64,000 bases of DNA from Hydrolagus colliei (GCA_035084275.1 CM068747.1:23188001-23252000); one strand, 5' to 3'. Shown: positions 54,001 through 63,064, numbered from the stretch's first letter. A program made the numbers and translations. The notes: generated from the letters alone by a model not told the origin.

Positions 54001-57000
54001 AAAGTCATGCAAATCAACCTGTTTTTCTTTTCCAGAATTATTTTTTGGCCACAGAGAAGATTATTTGGAAAGTACACAAGACTTAAGGGGTGCCTTTTCT
54101 GACACTGAAGACTATTTAGATCAGGGCCTTATTTCTGCCGATCGCTGTGCGAGCAGAACATCTTCTATAAATTCCTGGTCTGAGAATTTAAAGCCATCTT
54201 TCACTCAAAAGCTGAAGTTCAAATCTGTCATGGAAGGAGAACAGGCTACTTTTAAATGTAAACTGGTTGCTAGTCCAGCGCCAAAGATCGCATGGTTTCA
54301 TAACAATAGACCCATACGCAAAGAGTTGCGAAAAATTCTTAAAATAGAAAGTGCGATGCACATTCACAGCTCAAGTTTGGAAATCAACAATGTAGAAGAG
54401 AAAGATTCCGGGAGTTACAAAGTGTTTGCAATAAACTCCGAGGGGTCTGCCGAAACAACTGCGTCTTTACTAGTTGGTCTTAAGGAGGAGCAGAATCTGA
54501 ATTATCTGAGCTTCCTGAAACGATCAGAGATGATTCACAAAAACATAGACACTTTGGTTAAGCAAAGGAGACAAGCCAGACTGAAAGTTGATCTCAAGCA
54601 CGTTGGGTCTCCCTTCGACAAGCATGCAGTTAAAGGAGCTTTGGGGAAACTACCCCATTCCAGGTGCAGGCTGATACATACCGTGTATATTAATAATACT
54701 CCTGCAACTCCAGTACAAGATGACCCACAGACAACTAAGCTCTTTGGGAGGATTCTGGACAAGGACAATTTAATTGATGAAGATATTAAAATCAAACTCC
54801 AGCTTTTACGTGAAGCCAAAAAGAAAAAGCGATTTTCCCTTGCACTATCTGAAGGTTCATTTGACCTAGACACACCCTCAGCTGAAGATCGTATGAAACG
54901 GAATTGTGCTTCTCTGGACAGAAGGCATAGCAGGAGCATGGGAGAGCTTGGTCACTTGGAATATCAACATAGTCAACCTTACTTTTACGAAGAACAAGCG
55001 CAAACATCAGGAGAATACTGCCCGACAGAATCTCCTGAATTTAAGCATCGCATGGAAAGAATACTGGGACTTGTTTCCCAAGAGGCAGAACCACAGAGAC
55101 CCACTGAAGAAAGTATTATTGAAGAATCCTTGAGAACAAAAGAAAAAAAGTCAATAAAAGAGCGGTTCCTGAGCGGTGATTTGTTCAAAGAAACAGAAGG
55201 AAAAAATGATTGCAAACATATGCTGGAAGAACAAAGAAGTGAAGAATACTATTTTCAGAGAGAAAATGAAGGACTTGAGGCAGTGTCTGACCAGTATCCT
55301 GCAGCTGTTCTTGGTATCCAGAAAGATGTACCAATAAGACGTCCTGAGTTGGTTGACCAAGCTAAATCAGCCGCAAGACACGCAAAGGTAAATAAACGAA
55401 TAATACAGTGTAAAGAAAGTGTTATAAAGTGTGCAGAGCCAGCTGTTTTATCAGAGGAAAAAGAACGGTCGGCTTTTATGAAAACAATGAAACCAGAAAT
55501 TCGGTATCAATCTGAAATAGAGGAAAACCTTGAGATGGTTTCCGATGATCAGTGGTCTGGAAGTGTGACCAGTGGAACGAAAGACTTACTTGCCAATAAA
55601 CCTGGAAATGGTTATGCATTGCTTGACCAGCCCAAAACAGAAGAATTTACCAGTGACCACACATTCAGCCAAAAGCCATTCAGACATCTTGAAGGCGATC
55701 GGAAAGATTACACTGTCATCTTAACACCTTGTTTACCAACAGCAAAAGAAGCCTTTTTCAACACACCAAAGAAAGATAATCAAGTGGAAATAAATGAACC
55801 CTCCAGTCAATTTTACATTGAAGAACATCACATGGCAACTCCTCCAGATCTAAGAGAAAGCTCTGTTTTTGTTAGTGCGTTCACGAAAAAGATACCAGCT
55901 GAAATAAAAGAATCTGAGCATCAGTATCAGATAAAGGAAGAACATGAGACACCTTCTGAGACAAGGCAACACAGCGCTTACAGTTCACCCAGAGTCTTAC
56001 GAAAACAGAGACCTGAAGTTGATCACACAAGTATCAGCCAAGCCAAGTCAGCAACCAGCAAAACAAAGTTTATCACTGCATCTAAGGTCGATAAAGTAGA
56101 AGCACAATATGTCCATAAAGTTGAGCGTGATGCCCAGATACTGAGACCTACTCCTTTACGAAAGAAACGGGAAGTCTCAGCATTTGACCCACAACAAATA
56201 CATGAAACAGTAGCAGGAGTAACAGAGCCTCTGTATAAATGTGAGGAAAAGGAAGACCTTCGATTTCCTTCCCAAGAACCTGAAAGGATTATCAGGAAGG
56301 AACAGGGATTTCTGATAAATAAACGTGAATATGACCATGCAATGGCCAGTCAATCCAAATCACTAACGACAGAAGCAGAGTTTGTGAATACATCAAAAGT
56401 CGGCCCAGAAGCACAACACAAAGTCAAGGTTCAAGATTATTCCCAGATGCAAAGGCCATTTCATTTAAGTGCATCGAAGAAAGAACCTCCAGCAGAAATA
56501 ATAGAACCTCCATTGCCTAGAAGTTTTGTCAGTGTGCAAAGGGTCTTCCCAAGAGACATGCCCAAAGTTCAACAGGACACGTCCTTCCAAACCAGCTCAA
56601 TGCTGCAACAGACAGAGGTTGTTGGTGTGCCTGAAATCAGCCAGAGAAAACTACAGAATAAATACAAGAAGCAAGACTCCAGCCAGATTGTGGGAACTTT
56701 TCATTCACCCGAGAAGAAAGAGGCCTCAAACCTTGTCAGAACGCCAACAGAAATACAAGAACCTCCATGTGAATTTGAAGTTAAGCAGGACTATGAGGCA
56801 TTTCCTGATCAATGGTCTAGTAGTTTTATTCATGAACAAAGGGATGTGATGAAAGATAAACCTGAACATGTTCATAAGATGACTAATCAATTCATACCAG
56901 CAGCCAAACAGTCAGAGATGTCCACCATCTCTAAATCCAGCAAGGGAGACCCACAAGAGGAAGGCAGGGTGGAAGAATCCACCCAGATAGTGAGACCTTT

Positions 57001-60000
57001 TCCTTCAGCAGTGAAAAAAGAAACATTGGCTTTCGTTAGATCATCAATGGGAGCATCTCCAGTGAAGATGAAAGATCCTTCCTATAAATCTGAGGCAATT
57101 GAAGAATCTACAAAACAAAAAAGTTCCAGAGTGAAACAAAGACAGCTTTCTCCTCCTATGTTTATCCTTGATCTCGAATCTCCTGAAATCAAGCAAGGGG
57201 AGATGTGCATCCTGCACTGCCAGTTCCATGCTCAACCACAAGCTATGGTGACTTGGTACAAAGATGAACAGCCAATTTCGCGAACCCAATGTTACAACAT
57301 TCACTCCACAGAAAGCAAATCTACATTGACTATAAGCAACAGTTACAAAGAACACGAAGGAGTGTATACATGCGTCATATTCAACCAGTATGGAACTGCA
57401 AAAACATCTGGAATCCTCAAATTAAGAGGTAGACTTCATTACACTTGTCAGATTTTCTGATTCTATTTTCTTAATGTATACAAATGTTAATTATTTTTTC
57501 AATAAAATTAAAAATTGTCTCTATTTCCTAGATGAACTTGTGGCACCTTTCGATGTACATGTGACTCATGCCCCAGAGGAATGTACTGATGAGCAAGACT
57601 TTGACTTGTTGGCTGAAAAGGAAGTTGAGTTCTTCAATACTCCATCTACTGTGACAAAATCAACCTTGCAATTACCTGCCGTTTTTGTGCCACGATCACG
57701 CCCTAAAAATCTGTCTTTGCTTTCCGCTCCTGTTGAAATAAAAATAACTGCTCCCACTCCAACACCAGAGCAAGATGAAGAACGAAGGGAATCTTACCCT
57801 GCAGATGAATTGGATTCATCCCAGGATCCCTTCTCTCAGACTACAAAACATAAATTTAAATTCTCTTTTGATGTGATTTCTGAAGCTCCAAAGGTTGTAA
57901 AAGAATTAGAGCCAATTTATTGTGTCGAAGGGGAATCTGTGATGTTTGAATGTCTGATTTCTGGAGAGCCAGAACCTGTTGTTGTCTGGCTGCAAAATGA
58001 CAGACTTTTATTAGGTGGTAAAGCTAAGTATCGATTTGTAGAGAGCAGAGGAAAGTACAGATTATATATTGATGGTGTTTTAATGTCTGATTTGGGGAGC
58101 TATAAATGTGTGGCTAACAATAAAGCTGGAGAGGCACAGAGTATTTCTAGTCTTACGATAGAGCATGCAGAACAGAGTTTTAACAAAGCTAGAGAAACAC
58201 AAAGTATCTATAGCCCTAGGATAAAGCCTGCAGAACAGAGTTTAGATAAAGCTAGAGAAACACAGGGTATTTATAGTCCTAGGATAGAGCCTGTAGAACA
58301 GAGTTTTATTTGCCATCTGAAAGATACTGAACCATCTGATGAGGAAGATTCGACTATGAGTCGGTCTCTGCTCAATCTCAGTAAAATGCGTCAGGAAGAA
58401 GGCATTAAGCAGCAAAGGCAATTATCACTACAAGAAGGAAGAAGAGTTCTTTCTCCTTCACATGGCACACAGGAGAAAGCGTTTACTCTCATGCCCGAGG
58501 AGGGAGCTGGAGTGACTTCCATTTCCACTGAATCTTCAGGTGAAATGCTATCTTTAAAGGAGAAAGGAAGAAGTGTACCGACGGATTGTAAAGTGGCAGC
58601 AAATGAAATGTCCGCGAAAGCAGAAGACGAAACATTTTCCATTAGCCATTATTTACGCTTTCTTGACTTTGAGGGACAGGCGATAACTGAAGACTCCAAA
58701 GTGGAAGAACAAACTGAAGCAAGAGCACACGCATATACTGTTGGAGGAGAATCGTATGAAGAGTGTACCTATTCCGACAATGTAGCTAAACATCCTGCTG
58801 AAAGTCATGGGACACAAGCTAAAGTTTCCAAGGCAGATTCAGCCGATGATTCAGTGTCTAATAAAAGTATCACCTGTATAAGTGTCGACTCAGCAGACGC
58901 TGTTCCTACGACGAATGAGGAAAGTGGAAGTTTTTCCCTCTCAGAGTACCTCCTGACGGCAGGTCACGAGGAAGCTCCAGTTTACCAAGACGCAAGTAAC
59001 GAGGCATTTGATTATGAAGAGTCTGGAATCACCTCGACGGAGATTGAAGAAGTAACGTTCGGAGCTGTTTATGACTACTACAATCAGAATGAAGAGTGGG
59101 CGCGCTCTCTTTCTCCCGAGTCCGAAATGTCGATCGAACTCGGCAACACCACCACCACCAATGAAATAGAGAACGAAAGATTTTACACACCACCCATGGC
59201 TTCAGAAAATGTGAGAACGGTTATATCGGCAGAGTCGTTTCATACCCCTCTTCAATCTCCTGGTTTCATGACACCTCCAGAAAGATTGCCTTCACCCAAT
59301 GATTCAGCAAAATCTCCTCTAGCTGCCCTCCTGGAGAGGTTTTATACTCCGCCAGCGTGTTTTAGGTCACCAGTAGATGATGGTATTGGAACAAAACCTC
59401 TGGGGGATTTAAGGCCAACTATGGGAGAGAAACGGTCAGAATTCTTCTCGACACCTCCTCAGGAAGCAGAAGCTAAAGGGAATGAAATGCCTCCTGGGTT
59501 CATCAAACCACTTACGAGGAAAAAGATCTACGAAGGAAACACACTCATGTTCATGACTGAGGTGATCGGCTGCCCTATCCCCGATGTTACGTGGTATAGG
59601 AATAAATCCTTACTCGAGTTGGATCATAGGATTCGATTGGAAAGGGAAGGGAATTTGTGTACGTTGGTAATTCATGGCGTTCACAAAGAAGATGAAGGGG
59701 AATATATTTGCCATGCTGTGAACATCATAGGAGAAGCCAAAAGCAGTGGGCAGTTGGATGTCTTAACACAAGACGCCAGATCAATAGCATTACCTCCCCT
59801 CGTGACCCATCAACATGTGATAGAGTTTGATGTCCAGCAAGATCAAATGTCGAGATCTCCTTCACCACAAGAAATTCTGCTTGAAGTTGAACTTGATGAG
59901 TGTGACGTGAAGGAATTTGAGAGGCAGATCAAAATCATTACGATTCCCGAATTCACGCCCGACAATAAAAACATGATTGTTTCTCTGGACGTCCTTCCCA

Positions 60001-60992
60001 TGATGCTTAACGATGAACCCAATATGGACTTTGTCACCAGAGAGAGTGACGACGTGAAAATTGACTTTGAAGTGACTGAGATGCCTCCCCGATTCACCAG
60101 CCAGGTTTTTGATCTGGAAATTCCAGAGAAAACCGATGCCGTCTTTGAATGCTCGGTGACCGGTATTCCCACCCCTGAGGTGAAGTGGTTCAAAGATGAT
60201 TCATGTATTATTTCAGATGGCAAGAAATACATTGTAATGGCAGATAATTCGAATCATTGCCTTAAAATAACCAGCGTTTGTTCCTCTGACAGTGGCACGT
60301 ACAAGTGCAAAACTATAAATAGCACAGGGGAAGCAATATGCAGAGGTTACCTTGCAGTAACTAATTCCTATTTGGCACTTGCAAAAGCAGGTGGTAAAGC
60401 TGTAACAGCCATGTCACTGGGTAGCGCTCAAGAACAATCACAAGAGTTAGATGTTCTCATTGGGGGTTCTATGCTGCATGACAACCAGGCTTCAGAAATT
60501 GAAGTCGAGTTTGAGTTTGAGCAAGGTGTTGACGACTCTCAGAAATCTCTGAAACTCGTAGCTGTAACGGAACAGGAAGAGAAAGGAAAAGGAAAAGAGG
60601 AATGTCTAAACATTAGCTTTGATGTATTTGCTGAACCTGCCAAAGAGGAGACCATTGAGTTTAAAGCCGAGGGCAGTGAGACGTGTACATTTGAATTTCA
60701 AGTCACAGAAACGTCCCCAAAGTTTGTAAAGTCCCTGATTAATTGCAATACATTTCTAGGGAGCTCAGCATCTTTTCAATGCACTGTAACTGGTACCCCC
60801 AAACCTACTGTTACTTGGTATATGAATGATAAAATGCTTCAAGGTGGCAACTATATGTTCCAGGAAAAAGAACCAGGACATCATTTCTTGGTCATTCCAT
60901 TTGTTACAAAACATGATGTTGGAACGTACAGGTGTAAAGCTATTAATAAAGCTGGGAATGCAGTCACAGATGCCATTTTAAGAGTGTTCTAG
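20991..60992 (+). CDS. TTN: Titin (connectin), multi-exon CDS from the start codon to the novex-3 stop; full-length isoforms continue beyond the window
   Basis: Starts [28 protein letters not shown]; about 45 phase-consistent GT-AG exons encoding Z1-Z9, Z-repeats, I1-I15 and novex exons. Confidence 0.98.
21430..21633 (+). CDS. TTN: TTN exon 3 (Z1 C-half)
   Basis: 204 nt; [14 protein letters not shown]...[25 protein letters not shown]. Confidence 0.95.
21790..22020 (-). mobile_element. CR1 LINE 3' fragment
   Basis: CAGCCTGCT...CCGCCATT...AGATCATGGCTGATCT is the reverse complement of the CR1 tail seen at 42490. Confidence 0.65.
22436..22723 (+). CDS. TTN: TTN exon 4 (Z2)
   Basis: 288 nt; [20 protein letters not shown]...[12 protein letters not shown]. 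Confidence 0.95.
23172..23260 (+). CDS. TTN: TTN exon 5
   Basis: [29 protein letters not shown]; NAGNAG acceptor aag/cag. Confidence 0.9.
23376..23596 (+). CDS. TTN: TTN exon 6 (Zis1, Pro-rich)
   Basis: [18 protein letters not shown]...[14 protein letters not shown]; CG|gtaagg. Confidence 0.92.
23610..24110 (-). mobile_element. Deu/SacSINE-like SINE (composite)
   Basis: TTTAACGTCCACCTGAACAG...CCTCGGTTT...TCATCC..AGGACGGCACCTC is a reverse Deu-domain-like sequence, preceded by the SINE tail. Confidence 0.65.
24854..25958 (+). CDS. TTN: TTN exon 7 with Gly-rich repeat expansion
   Basis: [21 protein letters not shown]...PPWKQE...EEKWEGRYG then (FSATSIG(n)) repeats; GAG|gtgagg; 1105 nt, phase 2 to 0. 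Confidence 0.88.
25150..25725 (+). repeat. Coding minisatellite (GCT/GGT runs and TTCAGTGCTACCAGCATTGGT units)
   Basis: About 13 [FV]S[AV][TA]S[IV][GS] units separated by variable Gly tracts. Confidence 0.9.
26441..26599 (+). CDS. TTN: TTN Z-repeat 1 exon (exon 8 equivalent)
   Basis: [22 protein letters not shown] alpha-actinin-binding Z-repeat motif; 159 nt, phase 0-0. Confidence 0.9.
27340..27630 (+). CDS. TTN: TTN last Z-repeat exon (Zr7, exon 14 equivalent)
   Basis: [25 protein letters not shown]; 291 nt. Confidence 0.92.
27799..27912 (+). CDS. TTN: TTN exon 15 equivalent (Zq region)
   Basis: [14 protein letters not shown]; 114 nt. Confidence 0.9.
28985..29245 (+). CDS. TTN: TTN exon 16 equivalent
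   Basis: [30 protein letters not shown]; 261 nt. Confidence 0.88.
29605..29670 (+). CDS. TTN: TTN exon 17 equivalent
   Basis: [22 protein letters not shown]; 66 nt; strong splice sites. Confidence 0.88.
29817..30075 (+). CDS. TTN: TTN exon 18 (Z3)
   Basis: [21 protein letters not shown]...[11 protein letters not shown]; 259 nt. Confidence 0.95.
30183..30252 (+). CDS. TTN: TTN exon 19
   Basis: [23 protein letters not shown]; phase 1 to 2. Confidence 0.85.
30445..30750 (-). mobile_element. Near full-length tRNA-derived SINE
   Basis: Reverse complement of the 45058 element, including the B-box (GGATTCGAAC) and (TAA)n tail. Confidence 0.85.
30803..31012 (+). CDS. TTN: TTN exon 20 (Z4 N-half)
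   Basis: [47 protein letters not shown]. Confidence 0.93.
31355..31625 (-). mobile_element. tRNA-derived SINE
   Basis: Same family body and tail as the 45058 element. Confidence 0.8.
31790..31932 (+). CDS. TTN: TTN exon 21 (Z4 C-half)
   Basis: [28 protein letters not shown]; 143 nt. Confidence 0.93.
32284..32480 (+). CDS. TTN: TTN exon 22
   Basis: [17 protein letters not shown]...[13 protein letters not shown]. Confidence 0.9.
33043..33273 (+). CDS. TTN: TTN exon 23 (Z5 N-part)
   Basis: [33 protein letters not shown]...[12 protein letters not shown]. Confidence 0.93.
33360..33608. mobile_element. Tc1/mariner (Tigger/pogo-like) MITE
   Basis: Imperfect 24-bp TIRs CAGGTAGACCTCGCTAAACGTTGC and GCGACGTTAAGCGAGGACTGACTG; TA on the left flank. 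Confidence 0.75.
33675..33919 (+). CDS. TTN: TTN exon 24 (Z5 C-part)
   Basis: [10 protein letters not shown]...[24 protein letters not shown]; 245 nt. Confidence 0.93.
34044..34240 (+). CDS. TTN: TTN exon 25 (SP motifs plus Z6 N-half)
   Basis: [35 protein letters not shown]. Confidence 0.92.
34407..34571 (+). CDS. TTN: TTN exon 26 (Z6 C-half)
   Basis: [32 protein letters not shown]; 165 nt. Confidence 0.93.
34706..34874 (+). CDS. TTN: TTN exon 27 (Z7 N-half)
   Basis: [16 protein letters not shown]...[13 protein letters not shown]; 169 nt. Confidence 0.93.
34969..36662 (+). CDS. TTN: TTN exon 28 (Z7 C-half, Z8, Z9, I1)
   Basis: 1694 nt; [14 protein letters not shown]...[18 protein letters not shown]...[17 protein letters not shown]. 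Confidence 0.97.
36680..37020 (-). mobile_element. L2 3' end fragment
   Basis: Minus-strand [16 protein letters not shown]; L2-type tail. Confidence 0.65.
37108..37389 (+). CDS. TTN: TTN exon 29 (I2)
   Basis: [17 protein letters not shown]; 282 nt, phase 1-1. Confidence 0.93.
37778..38044 (+). CDS. TTN: TTN exon 30 (I3)
   Basis: [20 protein letters not shown]...[18 protein letters not shown]; 267 nt. Confidence 0.92.
38130..38387 (+). mobile_element. tRNA-derived SINE (5' truncated)
   Basis: CTGTGCGCAATTGACTGCC...GTGAAGCGCTTTGAG...GCAAGG(ATT)n. Confidence 0.8.
38629..38901 (+). CDS. TTN: TTN exon 31 (I4)
   Basis: [19 protein letters not shown]; 273 nt. Confidence 0.93.
39000..39143. repeat. 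144-bp imperfect palindrome (fold-back element)
   Basis: CTAATAAGTCTTAAA...TTTTGGTCATA-cata-TATGACCAAAA...TTTAAGACTTATTAG. Confidence 0.85.
39286..39549 (+). CDS. TTN: TTN exon 32 (I5)
   Basis: [22 protein letters not shown]; 264 nt. Confidence 0.93.
39700..39892 (+). mobile_element. L2 3' tail fragment
   Basis: TTTGACCGTGCCTACGGTCACC...GCTATATAAGTGCAAGTTGTTG. Confidence 0.65.
39922..40182 (+). CDS. TTN: TTN exon 33 (I6)
   Basis: [19 protein letters not shown]; 261 nt. Confidence 0.93.
40379..40639 (+). CDS. TTN: TTN exon 34 (I7)
   Basis: [24 protein letters not shown]; 261 nt. Confidence 0.93.
40648..40810 (-). mobile_element. tRNA-derived SINE 3' part
   Basis: (TAA)n-CCTTGCATTTGATATAG...CAGCCAATTGCGCACAGCAG. 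Confidence 0.8.
42150..42413 (+). CDS. TTN: TTN exon 35 (I8)
   Basis: [18 protein letters not shown]; 264 nt. Confidence 0.93.
43048..43308 (+). CDS. TTN: TTN exon 36 (I9)
   Basis: [21 protein letters not shown]; 261 nt. Confidence 0.93.
43550..43810 (+). CDS. TTN: TTN exon 37 (I10)
   Basis: [29 protein letters not shown]; 261 nt. Confidence 0.94.
43860..44655 (+). mobile_element. Nested Deu-SINE fragment, L2 3' end and SINE tail
   Basis: GTTCAGGTGGATGTTAAA Deu-like segment; L2 RLDYANALL...KLQIIQNSA; SINE tail at 44510-44655. Confidence 0.65.
44769..45029 (+). CDS. TTN: TTN exon 38 (I11)
   Basis: [27 protein letters not shown]; 261 nt. Confidence 0.94.
45058..45370 (+). mobile_element. 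Full-length tRNA-derived SINE with SacSINE/AmnSINE-type tail
   Basis: A-box TAGCTCAGTGG, B-box GTTCGAATCC, tail GTGAAGCGCTTTGAGACGTC...GCGCTATATCAAATGCAAGG(ATT)n; further partial copies near 2410, 5425, 10730, 11660, 19875, 22740, 24740, 31120, 32630, 43375 and 47770. Confidence 0.88.
45461..45602 (+). CDS. TTN: TTN exon 39 (I12 N-half)
   Basis: [25 protein letters not shown]; 142 nt. Confidence 0.93.
45738..45906 (+). CDS. TTN: TTN exon 40
   Basis: [15 protein letters not shown]...[11 protein letters not shown]. Confidence 0.92.
46066..46297 (+). CDS. TTN: TTN exon 41 (I13)
   Basis: [27 protein letters not shown]; 232 nt. Confidence 0.93.
46807..47091 (+). CDS. TTN: TTN exon 42 (I14)
   Basis: [22 protein letters not shown]; 285 nt. 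Confidence 0.93.
47373..47498 (+). CDS. TTN: TTN exon 43 (I15 N-half)
   Basis: [21 protein letters not shown]...[13 protein letters not shown]; 126 nt. Confidence 0.92.
48494..48682 (+). CDS. TTN: TTN exon 44 (I15 C-half)
   Basis: [26 protein letters not shown]; 189 nt. Confidence 0.94.
49415..49753 (+). pseudogene. TTN: Degenerate novex-1 (exon 45 equivalent) pseudo-exon
   Basis: Ig residues are split across two frames ([27 protein letters not shown] / [22 protein letters not shown]); acceptor phase does not fit; the expected donor reads GAAG|gaaaaa. Confidence 0.72.
50166..51014 (+). CDS. TTN: TTN novex-2 exon (exon 46 equivalent), unique sequence plus two Ig domains
   Basis: 849 nt, phase 1-1; [10 protein letters not shown] and [22 protein letters not shown]...ESERLKMAQ...DQGEYSC resemble novex-2. 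Confidence 0.85.
51345..51866 (+). CDS. TTN: Additional novex-region exon with one Ig domain
   Basis: ttcttacatag| acceptor and ACAG|gttggc donor; 522 nt, phase 1-1; VPQFLERL...[11 protein letters not shown]...[15 protein letters not shown]. Confidence 0.78.
52308..52364 (+). CDS. TTN: TTN exon 47 equivalent (57 nt)
   Basis: [18 protein letters not shown]; phase 1-1. Confidence 0.9.
52488..52807 (+). mobile_element. Full-length tRNA-derived SINE
   Basis: Same family as the 45058 element. Confidence 0.85.
54036..57428 (+). CDS. TTN: TTN novex-3, 5' exon (two Ig domains and a long unique region)
   Basis: ttttccag|AA; ELFF...GAFSDTED...[17 protein letters not shown]...[16 protein letters not shown]; AGAG|gtagac; 3393 nt. 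Confidence 0.9.
57532..60992 (+). CDS. TTN: TTN novex-3, 3' terminal exon (four Ig domains, stop codon)
   Basis: tttcctag|AT phase 1; [62 protein letters not shown] motifs; TAG at 60990-60992. Confidence 0.9.
58157..58307 (+). repeat. 63-bp coding tandem repeat, about 2.4 copies
   Basis: GATA(G/A)AGC(A/C)TG(C/T)AGAACAGAGTTT recurs at 58157, 58220 and 58283. Confidence 0.9.
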
Positions 60993-61334
60993 CTGAATAG
61001 TACTTGCTATTCTTTCTGTATGTTCAATGTCTTATATTTTGAGCATTGCAACATATGCTACTTTGTTCTAGACTTGTATGGTAGTATACCTATGAATTTG
61101 CTAAGTTCAAAAGTGTAGAATTTTTCTTCTTATCAAGAACTAAATACATGTTTGTTAGAAACATGGAAAGCTCCTTGAAAGCTGTTGACGAAATAGTGGA
61201 TTTTTACAGGAAGCTTGGTGATTCCTATTCACTTTTTTTTACTCTGAAGTTTGTTTGTTTGTGTGAAACAAAGGGCTAACCTCTATTACTGAGCTCAGGC
61301 CTAAAGGGTTTTACATCAAGCAGGGCAACCAAGA

Positions 61335-62290
61335 ATCATAGAATTATACGGCACAAAAGGAGGCCATTCGGCCCATCTAGTCTGTGCCGGCTCTTTGAAC
61401 AGAGCAACTCAATCCTGCTGCCCAGCTTTCTCCCCATAACCTAATAGACCTGCTCTTCCTAAATAAAGATCTAGTTCCCTTTTAAAAGCTGTTATGGAAT
61501 CTGCCTCCATCACCTTTTCAGGCAATGCATTCCAGATTCGAATAATCCGCTGAGTGAAAAAATTTCTCCTCAGCTCCCCTCTACTTCGTTTTGAAACTAT
61601 TTTAAATCTGTGACCACGAGTCACTGATACGCCCACGAGTGGAAACAGTCTTTCCCTATTCACCCTGTCGAAACCTCTCATAATCTTATAAACCTCTATT
61701 AGGTCTCCTCTCAATCTTCTTTGTTCTTTGTTCTAGAGAGAATAAGCCTAGCCTATCTAGCTTTTCCTCATAGCTGAAGTCCCTCATTCCTGGTAGCATC
61801 CTAGTAAATCTCCTCTGCACCCTTTCGAATTTTACACAGTACTCCAGGTGAGGCCTAACCAAAGTCTTATAGAGGTACATCAGCACTTCCTAACTTTTGT
61901 ACTCTATACCTCTATTTATAAAGCCTAGTATCCCATATGCCTTCTTAACGGCTTTGTCTACCTGTCCTGCCACTTTCAAAGAGTCACTAACACAAATCCC
62001 CAGGTCTCTCTGTTCCTTCACACCCCTTAAAATTGTACTATCTAGCCTATATTGCCTCCCCTCATTTCTTCTACCAAAGTGTATCACTTCACACTTCTCT
62101 GCATTAAACTTCATCTGCCATGTGTCTGCCCACTTTACCATTTTATCTAAATCCTCTTGCAGATGGCTACTATCCTCCTCACTATTTACTATTCTCCCTA
62201 ACTCAGTATCATCTGCACATTTGGAAACCGTACTTCCTAAACCCAAATTCAAATCATTAATGTATATTAAAAAGAGCAGTGGTCCCAAAA
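61335..62290 (-). mobile_element. CR1 LINE, 5'-truncated (RT C-terminus and 3' end)
   Basis: GPLLFLIYINDL...ADDT...[29 protein letters not shown] and [11 protein letters not shown]...TRGH...FFTQR..WNALP; frameshifted. Confidence 0.93.
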
Positions 62291-63064
62291 TATAGTTTGA
62301 ACAATTTTAATATGGAGTACTGCAGTATACCTAGATGTGTTCTTGTTGAATGATTATTGTTTCTTAGTTAAAACCTTTAAACTAACTTTAGCCTTGATCA
62401 TAAACTCATGCATGTTTTATTAGTTTTGTAGTCTGATAACTGAGTTCAGCACCTCACCATATGACAAAGCTCAGGTACAGAAGTTTGCTTTCAGGCATTG
62501 ATTTGTATTGATGCTTTATTCAATATGCAAGCTCATTCATTGAGTTCAGAATTTTAAATCTTTAAACAGAGCAGATATAATGAATTATTTTCTATTTGTT
62601 ACTAAGGCTGAAGATTTGAGTTAACTAACCATACTTAACTCATTGTGGAACGTGACAGCTAATTTGTCAAACGGTTGCATATTGTTAGTTAACTTAGCAA
62701 GAAAATACTGGGAAAAATGTACCAAGTTGATTTCTAAGATTCTACTTTTTAATCTCAGCAGTTGAAAGATGCCAGTTTTTAGTTTTTCTTAATTATGGAT
62801 AGAGGATATCTAAAATGGTCTTATCTTGTGGAATAGTTAGACACTGGGTACTTCTAAGTTGTGGGTTCTGAGATGCCGTCCGGGGTGCAGGGCGCTATAT
62901 AAATCCAAGTTGTTGTTGTTGGCTGCGTACTTTGATGTTGGATTCCATGAATTATATTAACATTGTGTGTGACCTGAAATGCTTTGTACTGTTTATATCA
63001 TGGCAGCAATGAATTTGAGTGCTCGTTACCCTACACCAGACATTGGAAGCTTAGCATTTCCTTT

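Noticed and set aside
60945-60950. AATAAA near the end of novex-3
   Set aside because: It lies inside the coding sequence about 40 nt before the stop, so cleavage would probably remove the stop codon
61409-62295. Reverse transcriptase-like ORFs as an active element or host gene
   Set aside because: 5'-truncated, frameshifted CR1 copy with a deletion and a degenerate catalytic motif (CADD)
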